A DNA stretch of 64,000 bases from Eledone cirrhosa. Its lineage: Eukaryota. The translations under genes and the position numbers were made by a program. Positions 56,708 through 64,000 of the stretch are shown here, one piece after another; position 1 is the stretch's first letter; each line of letters begins with the position of its first letter. The stretch covers positions 195,796,001-195,860,000 of the forward strand of contig OZ024741.1 in NCBI GenBank assembly GCA_964016885.1, written 5' to 3'. A model generated the notes under the pieces. It had not been told where the DNA came from, did not search any database, and saw only the letters and a list, made by a program, of their open reading frames with translations.

Positions 56708-59700
56708 TCATCATCATCATCATCATCATCATTGTTGTTTTACGTCCGTTCTTCCACGCTAGCATGGGTTAGACGGGTTGTCCTGTTGTGAGCAATGTCC
56801 AGTCGGCTGACCTTGTCTTGCTCAGGAACTGATTCTGACTTGATTTATACAGCTATATGCCCTTCCTAACACCAACCTCATTTACAGTGAGTGCTGGGTG
56901 CTTTTTTCCGTGGCGCCTACACATCCACTTTACAGTGTGAGATGGGTGCTTTTTTGCCGTGGCACCTCCACGACCACTTTGCAATGGGGGGGTGTGGGGG
57001 CATATTGTCTATATGATTCAGCTTCAGCTTGTTCCTGTGGGGGATCGGGTCTTCTGTGTTACTGTGTGACGCCAGAGGTCACAGTCGTGTGTCATTGCTC
57101 TTGAGAGGTGCAATTGGGTAAGGTCGGCCTTTATCACCTCATTCCAGGTCTTCTTGGGTCTCTCCACTCCGCGGCTTCCATCGACTTCTAGTGCTCTGCA
57201 CCTTTTTATGCAGCTGTCATCCTTCATACGCATCACATGTCCATACGAATGTAACCTCCTCTCCTGCACACAACATTTGATTCCTCTTATGCCTAGTTTC
57301 TCTCTCAATTCGTTTATACATTGCCGTTCGCGTATATTAATTACTATTACACATCCATCGAAGCATGCAAGCTTTGTTTCTTTCTAATCTGCGCAAGTCT
57401 TCTACAGACAGCACCCAGGTTTCATTTCCATGTAACATTGCTGTTCGTATACACACATCAGACAGTCTGCCTTTCATTTTGAGGGAAAAGCCTTTTACAG
57501 CTAACAGTGGCAGTAGCTCCCTGAACTTCTTCCATCCCGTTCTTACCCTAGTTATTGTACTTTCTGAACACCCACCTCCGCTGCTAATTCGGTCACCTAG
57601 GTAGCAGAAGCTGTCTACTGTTTCTACAGAGCCCTCCCAGAGTTTGGTGGGGCTTGTTTCCTGTGGTCGTTTGCTGCTTGCTGTCCCAGCGCAGCTGCTA
57701 CATATGAAGCCTACATTCTTATTTAAACTTCCTGAGATCCCACTACATCTCTTGTGTACCCATTGTTTGCATTTGGGGCAGATGATAGAGTTCCTACCTA
57801 CACCTTTCCTACATACTGAGCAAGGCCATTTCCATGAGGGAATCTGGGTTCTGTTTTCTCATCTACTTACAAGAACCTTAGTCTTTGTCAGGATGACTTT
57901 GAGACCCTTTCTTTCTAATCCCTGCTTCCATGTTTGGAGTTTCTTCTCTAGTTCCACCATGGATTCAGCTATAAGTGCGAGATCATCTGCATACAGGAGT
58001 TCCCATGGGCATCCAGTCTTAAACTCCTCCATTATTGCCTGCAAAACTATAATGAACAGGAGAGGGATAAGAACAGAGCCCTGATGGACACCGACCTGCA
58101 TGCTAAATTCCTCGCTATACTCATTGCTAACTCTAATTTTGCTGACTGCTCCTCTATACATGGCTTGTACAGCTTTCATAAGCCATTCATCTACTCCTAA
58201 TTTTCTAAGAGCCCACCAGATTATAGCACGGGGTACTCTGTCGAAGGCTTTTCCAGATCGACGAATGCCAGGTAGAGCGGCTTACTTTTAGCTAGGGACT
58301 TTTCCTGTAACTGCCTCACAAGGAAGAGGGCATCACTGGTGCCTCTTCCTGGCACAAACCCAAATTGCATCTATCTCATCTAGTTCCACCCGGTCCCTTA
58401 TCAACTGTGCTATAACTCTTTCTGTTACTTTCATGACCTGGTCCATCAGCTTTATACCTCTATTGTTTCCTCTATCTAGTGCATCACCTTTACCTTTGTA
58501 GCAGCTGACAATGATGCTGCTGCACCAATCCTTTGGTATGATACCCTCTAGTATTACCTGGTTAACAATTTGTGTGGTTATGGTGTGACCTACTGACCCA
58601 GATGCCTTCAGCATTTCGGCAGCTATACCCGATGGACCGGTTGCCTTTCCCGTCTTCATATCTTTGATTGCCTTACTTACTATGCTGCTGCTGAATTGTA
58701 CTGCTTGCCCCTCTATAGGGTCCACTTGGGGTAGGGTCTCTTTTTCCCATGCATTCTCCTTATTTAGTAATCTTTCATAATGGCTCTTCCACGCAGCTTT
58801 CTTCTCGGCACTTGTGAGGGCAAGCTCACCATTATCATTCCGGATACACTTCTCTCCAATGACATCACAATTCTCTCTGACACACTGCCTCGAAATCTTG
58901 AACACCTCCTGTTTCTGGTTCTCACGTTGCAAAACATGCTTCAATTTTCTATCTTTTGCTTCCCTTCTAGTTAAGTCTACTTGTCGCCTAGCTTCCCTCC
59001 TGGTCACTATGCAATGTACCCTGCTACCCCCGTTCTTCCATTCTTTCCATGCCTGTCTCTTAGTCTTAACTGCCTCATCTACCTTATTGTTCCACCACCA
59101 AGTCACACTCCTCCTCCCTGTGGACTTGCTCCAACCACAGATCTCGTCTGTCGCCTTTAGTAAGTTTTTAGGAACTCCCAGTGCTCTTCTACATTGAATA
59201 TCTCTATCTGTTCTTCTTTACTGTCATAGACGTCGAGTAAAATATCTTTAAATCTGTTACTGGCTGAGGGGTCTTTCAGCTTCCAGATCTTTCTTCTCCA
59301 GGTTGCCTTCTGTTTCCAAGTTCGTCTAGTTTTGACAGCAAGGTCGCTGACAAGTAAATTGTGTTCATCACCAAGGAAGGCTTTTGTGTTTACAACCGTA
59401 CATCTATCACGCCCTCTGATGAGGATAAAATCCATCTGACTAGAATGCTCCCCTGATCTATAGGTGATCAGATGGTTGTCGGGTTTTTTGAAGTTTGTGT
59501 TACATATCGACATTCATTGGTGTCGCAGAATTCCAGAAGCCTGAAGCCTTCTTCATTTCTTGTGCCAAACCCGTGGACTCCATGGACTCTATAGAAGCTG
59601 TCACGGTGTTTACCAACGTGTCCGTTAAAATCTCCTGCAATGATTAGGAAGTCATTGTCGCTTGTTATGGCAGTAGTGTGCATTAGGGACTCGTAAAATC

Positions 59701-60200
59701 TACCCTTAAGTTCATCTGGCAACCCTGATTAGGGTGCGTAAGCTGATATTATTGTGGTAATTGTTTTATTCAGGACTAGTCTGAGTTTAATGATTCTTGC
59801 ATTCACCCTATTCACTGAGTACCTTATCAACCCATTTGTCAGCTAATAGCATATCTATCCCTCCCATCCCGTTGTCATTTCCCACCCAGAAAAATTTGTA
59901 GCATTGACTTTTGCCTACGAGGACTCTAGCAGACTCTCCTCTCCATCTAGTCTCTTGCACACGGCATACATCAATTTCCTTTCACTCTAGCATCTCTACA
60001 ATTTCTCCTGCTCTTCCTTTCATTGTGCTTACATTGATGGTTCCAACTCGGAGTTTGGGGCATTTGTCAACATTCGTGGGAAAGGGTAAATTTTTGCAGG
60101 GCTGTGTGTAGGCTTCCTGTCTCTGAATTGAAGCTTTGCATGGATGCTTGGTAGCCCGCAGATTCGTATTCATTTTCATTTATTAATTCAGGGTTGCTCC
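56708..60200 (-). mobile_element. Near full-length RTE-clade LINE (APE endonuclease + RT + Cys-rich insert), multiply frameshifted
   Basis: VGTINV, VQETRW, AGDFNGHVG, GVHQGSVL.PLLF, LLYADDL, (ATG)n tail. Confidence 0.92.
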
Positions 60201-60622
60201 ATTTATTCTCAGCTCATCCAAGGGTAAAGAATAAATATATGTTGTGAGGGCCAGCGAAATAATAAATACAACAATAATAATAATGTAAGAGAGAGGAAGG
60301 GAGTAGATGACTTCGTAGAGACAGTCATACTGGCCAGCATGGGAAAAAAAACGAGGGTAAAGAATAAATATGTGTTGTGAAGGTCAGTGAAATGATAAAT
60401 ACAACAATAATACTAATAATAGTGTGAGTGGAACATTTGTAATTGTGAAATAGAGGGATACCTGGAAGATATATATGGATGGCTGGAACATGGTTTAGCA
60501 ATTATAGTGATTCATTTTAGCCTTTCAGAATCAAGTGTGTCTTATCTCTTGAAGAACCTCAAGATGAGTGAGGGATGAATGGAAGAGAAAGGGAGGTAAT
60601 GGGTAGGGGATAGTTGGCTTAA

Positions 60623-60730
<108 letters not shown>

Positions 60731-60751
60731 GTAAGCCATCATGGCATATAG

Positions 60752-62767
60752 CAGTGGTCGCCAACCTTTCTAAAACCGAGGAACCCTCTAAATATTTTGA
60801 ATTCTTTACGGAATCTATACAATACAAAACTTTTCAAAAAAAAAATAATAAAGTATTTATTTATTTTAGTGTTTCATGAGTGTGTATGTAATCGAACACA
60901 ATTAACTAGTGGCTTTTCTGCTGCTGCGCCTCATCAGTGAGTTTAGAATGCCAGTCTCATACACTCGTCAATTGCTGACAGTTTATTCCTCTTCTTTGTG
61001 CAGATTTTCACCAACTGCGAAAACCCTTTTTCGCACAAGTAGCTAGATGGGAATAAAGTCAAATACTTCAATGCAAGTTGGCTGATTTCATTAAACTCCC
61101 CAATCAAGAATAAGTCGATCCATAGTTCTTTCTTTCTGCTTTCGAATATTACTTTCAGGTCTTCGTTTGAATTCAAATCCATCAACTGATGTAAGCATTG
61201 GGCAGGTAGTAAATGTTTACAATTTCCAGCGTCATTTTCTGACACTAACTGCTCGATCTCGGTGAACGGATTTTTTATCCATAAATTTCCGCTAACAATA
61301 TCTTTTTCCATCAAGTCGAAATAATCTGAAAAACTTGTGGAAAGCACATTTAAATGAGAAAGAATAATCTTCTTTAGATTGCTGGAGTCAAAATATTCTC
61401 TCTTTTTAAGCTATATTTCAAGGTTTGAAAGTAATGAGTAATTGTCCGATTCAATTCTTTTTATAAAGATGTTTAACTTTGATTGAAAATATGTAATAAA
61501 ATTGATTGAAGTAAACATATCTGCATTGTTACCCTGAAGACACTTATTTAGTTTGTTCAGTTCACCAAAAATGTCTACTAAATAAGCGAGTTGCACATTC
61601 CATTCATTGGTTTCTAATACACTTGCTCTTTCATCATTCTGTTTTTTTTAGAAAAACTATTATTTCTTCTCTGAGTTCAAAAACTCTCTTCATAGCATCC
61701 CCAAAAGACAGCCAACGCACACCATTGTTCAATAACAATCTATTATAATTACTTCCAGAAGATTCACATATAGATTCAAACATTCTAGAATTTTTTGCTC
61801 TTGCATGGATCAAATTGATAATTTTGACAATGTCTTTCAGCTGGTCATTTAATATTTGAGCATCTCTGCCTTTGAATTTTTTTTAACACAAAACCTCTCG
61901 ATGAATCATACAATGATTTGAGGGTCTGTTCTTTAATTTTTGCAATCAAACCAGAATTTTTACCAGTCATTGCAGCTGCTCCATCTGTTGTTATTGAAGT
62001 CAACTTGCTCCAAGATACACCATTTAAAAAAAAATACTCTTCAATTTTATTGAATATATCTTGACCTTTAGTTGTGATGTCTAATGCCAGACAAAACAAA
62101 TACTCTTCTACTAATTCTTTTTTATCAAGGTCTACAAACCGTACATAGCAAATTAATTGAGCCTTGTTATTAATATCCGTAGTTTCGTCCACTTGCAGAC
62201 CAAAACATGTGCTTTTCTTTAGTGCAGTTAGTATCTGATTTTCTATATCAGAAGAAATATCAATTATCCTTCTTTTTACGGTATTTGTTGACAATGGTAA
62301 CTGGCTTAATTTTTCTTTGTCCTTAATACTGCAACTTTCAAAAAGATTCTCTGTAGCAATTTTTATACTTGGCAGAATTAACTGTTCTCCTAATGTAAAT
62401 GGTTTCCTATTTTTACCAATCAAATGTGAAATCTCAAAAGATGTTCTTGTTAAAGCTTTATTTCTACTGACTTTTTACAAAACAAGTCATACATATTAGC
62501 TTGTGATTTTTTGATGTTTTTCAGCGAAGTAAAGTATTCCAGTGACTTGTTTTTATCATTGGTGTGATTAGTATCAAGGTGTCTTTTAAGTTTTGCAGGA
62601 TTTAAACAGCTATTTGATAGAACTTTTGAACATAGCAAACACATGGGCTGATCTGGTGTATCTTTTTTAGTGTCAGCTTTTTGAAATCCATATCTAACAT
62701 AATCATCACACCACTGTCTAACCTTTCTGCTGGTATCTAACTTCAGCTTCTTTGCACTAGACATCAT
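60752..62767 (-). mobile_element. hAT (Buster/Charlie-type) transposon, frameshifted transposase; 3' TIR at 60752
   Basis: BED finger CLLC..KLKRH..H, LQVDETTD, TTDGAAAM, VRWLS, FPSSYLCEKGFS; TIR cagtggtcgccaacct after the 8-mer gcaTAtag; other TIR not seen in window. Confidence 0.9.
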
Positions 62768-64000
62768 ATCAATGTTATTTATCTACAGTTAAAATGTTTA
62801 ATATGACATTAATAAACAAGAGAAATTAACAGTGTTTTTAATTACAAAAAGTACTTAAATTAACTTTAATTTTAGATATTTGGAAAAACTTAACTAGTTA
62901 AAAAAAAATTTTATTTTTAAAAATTGAAATTTCTCCATTTTAGGATGGCAAACATATTATTTAAAGTCTTATAATAATATTAAAATATTAGGGGTTACTG
63001 AAGAAGGTGCAAATTTATAAACAACTAGAAGAAATTTTTCCAGAGTCCAGCACTTCCTGCATATACTACTTTAGGGTCGTATTAAATAGTATTGGTAATG
63101 TAAATATATTTAAATATCCGCCATACTAAAAGGTGCAAAAAATGCAAATCAGCTGATAGTGTAGAAGATGTGACGATGGTATTGGAAATTAATTCAGATA
63201 TCTTCTATCTATTTTGACTCAAAGTTAGATATAATATAAGAAGGCTTTTAGGCTGCGTTAAACATATATTAGATTGGAACAAATAAAGTTTAGTCAAATG
63301 TTTGTGGACATATATATTTATTATATAAAGTAATTTCTCAATTGTGAATGCAGATGTCATCAAATGAATACATAATTGTGTGGCAAAGTTTATAGTGTAT
63401 GCATGGAATACAAAATTACCTTTGTTAGTAGTCAAAACTTTACAGGCGTTATATTTTCTGTGCAAAGTACAACAGAATGTAACGTGTTCTTATTTAGAAT
63501 TGTCTGTGGAACTGGATGAATGTTGAAAACGACTAGTAAGCGAGTTCACTCTGTGAAGAAAATTTAGGCGACTTTAAAGCTTTTGTGAGGACAGCAGATT
63601 AAAACGTGTTCTCTATTGAAAACATTCTACTGAACTTACGTTGTGAGAACAGCGAACTGACCCTGTCTCTCGGCTGAGAGACCTCACTGAACTGAAGTTT
63701 TCAGTTTAAAGTTATGCTGTCATCGACCAACATTTACTTGTTCGTGATTGATCAATTTCTAAGTTCAATTAGTGTATTATCAGTAGTAGTCAAATTCTCG
63801 GAATTCAGAAAACTATGTCTTTCCAAGAATTGATGTGAAATTGAAATAATTAAAGTGAGAAACTGAAAGTAGTGTTTTCCACGAATTGGAGTGGAGAACC
63901 TGTGCACACTACAATAATACTCGTTCATTTATACATTGCACCTTTGGCATTTTCTTTGCACCTTTTTCAGAAAACCCAAAATATTAATGATAATGTAAAT

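Noticed and set aside
60221-60420. ~65-bp direct repeat at 133-bp spacing upstream of the RTE
   Set aside because: Probably an ordinary 5' UTR duplication with no further structure
60943-62767. Domesticated ZBED-like host gene
   Set aside because: Several frameshifts and a retained TIR indicate a dead transposon

Overview
Eukaryotic, AT-rich, microsatellite-saturated heterochromatin-like DNA with no recognisable host gene. The SINE and RTE families suggest an octopus/cephalopod genome (inference). Most of the window is nested Penelope-like retroelements (PLEs; RT + GIY-YIG) of several lineages, usually as 5'-truncated fold-back or inverted copies anchored in (TA)n. There are also two Gypsy-type LTR elements, Helitrons, RTE and CR1-like LINEs, SINEs and a hAT transposon. 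Reading by eye, I find about 31 type-I hammerhead ribozyme (HHR) folds from about 15 families. Many carry family-fixed non-canonical cores (UUGANAA, CAGAAGA, CAGUUGA, mismatched stem II base). Two non-coding HHR units (466 and 559 nt) have the terminally redundant, circularly permuted layout of retrozymes. Two LTR elements with dissimilar LTRs share TG..AA termini and a conserved ~130-bp internal module. All folds and alignments were done manually; boundaries are approximate.
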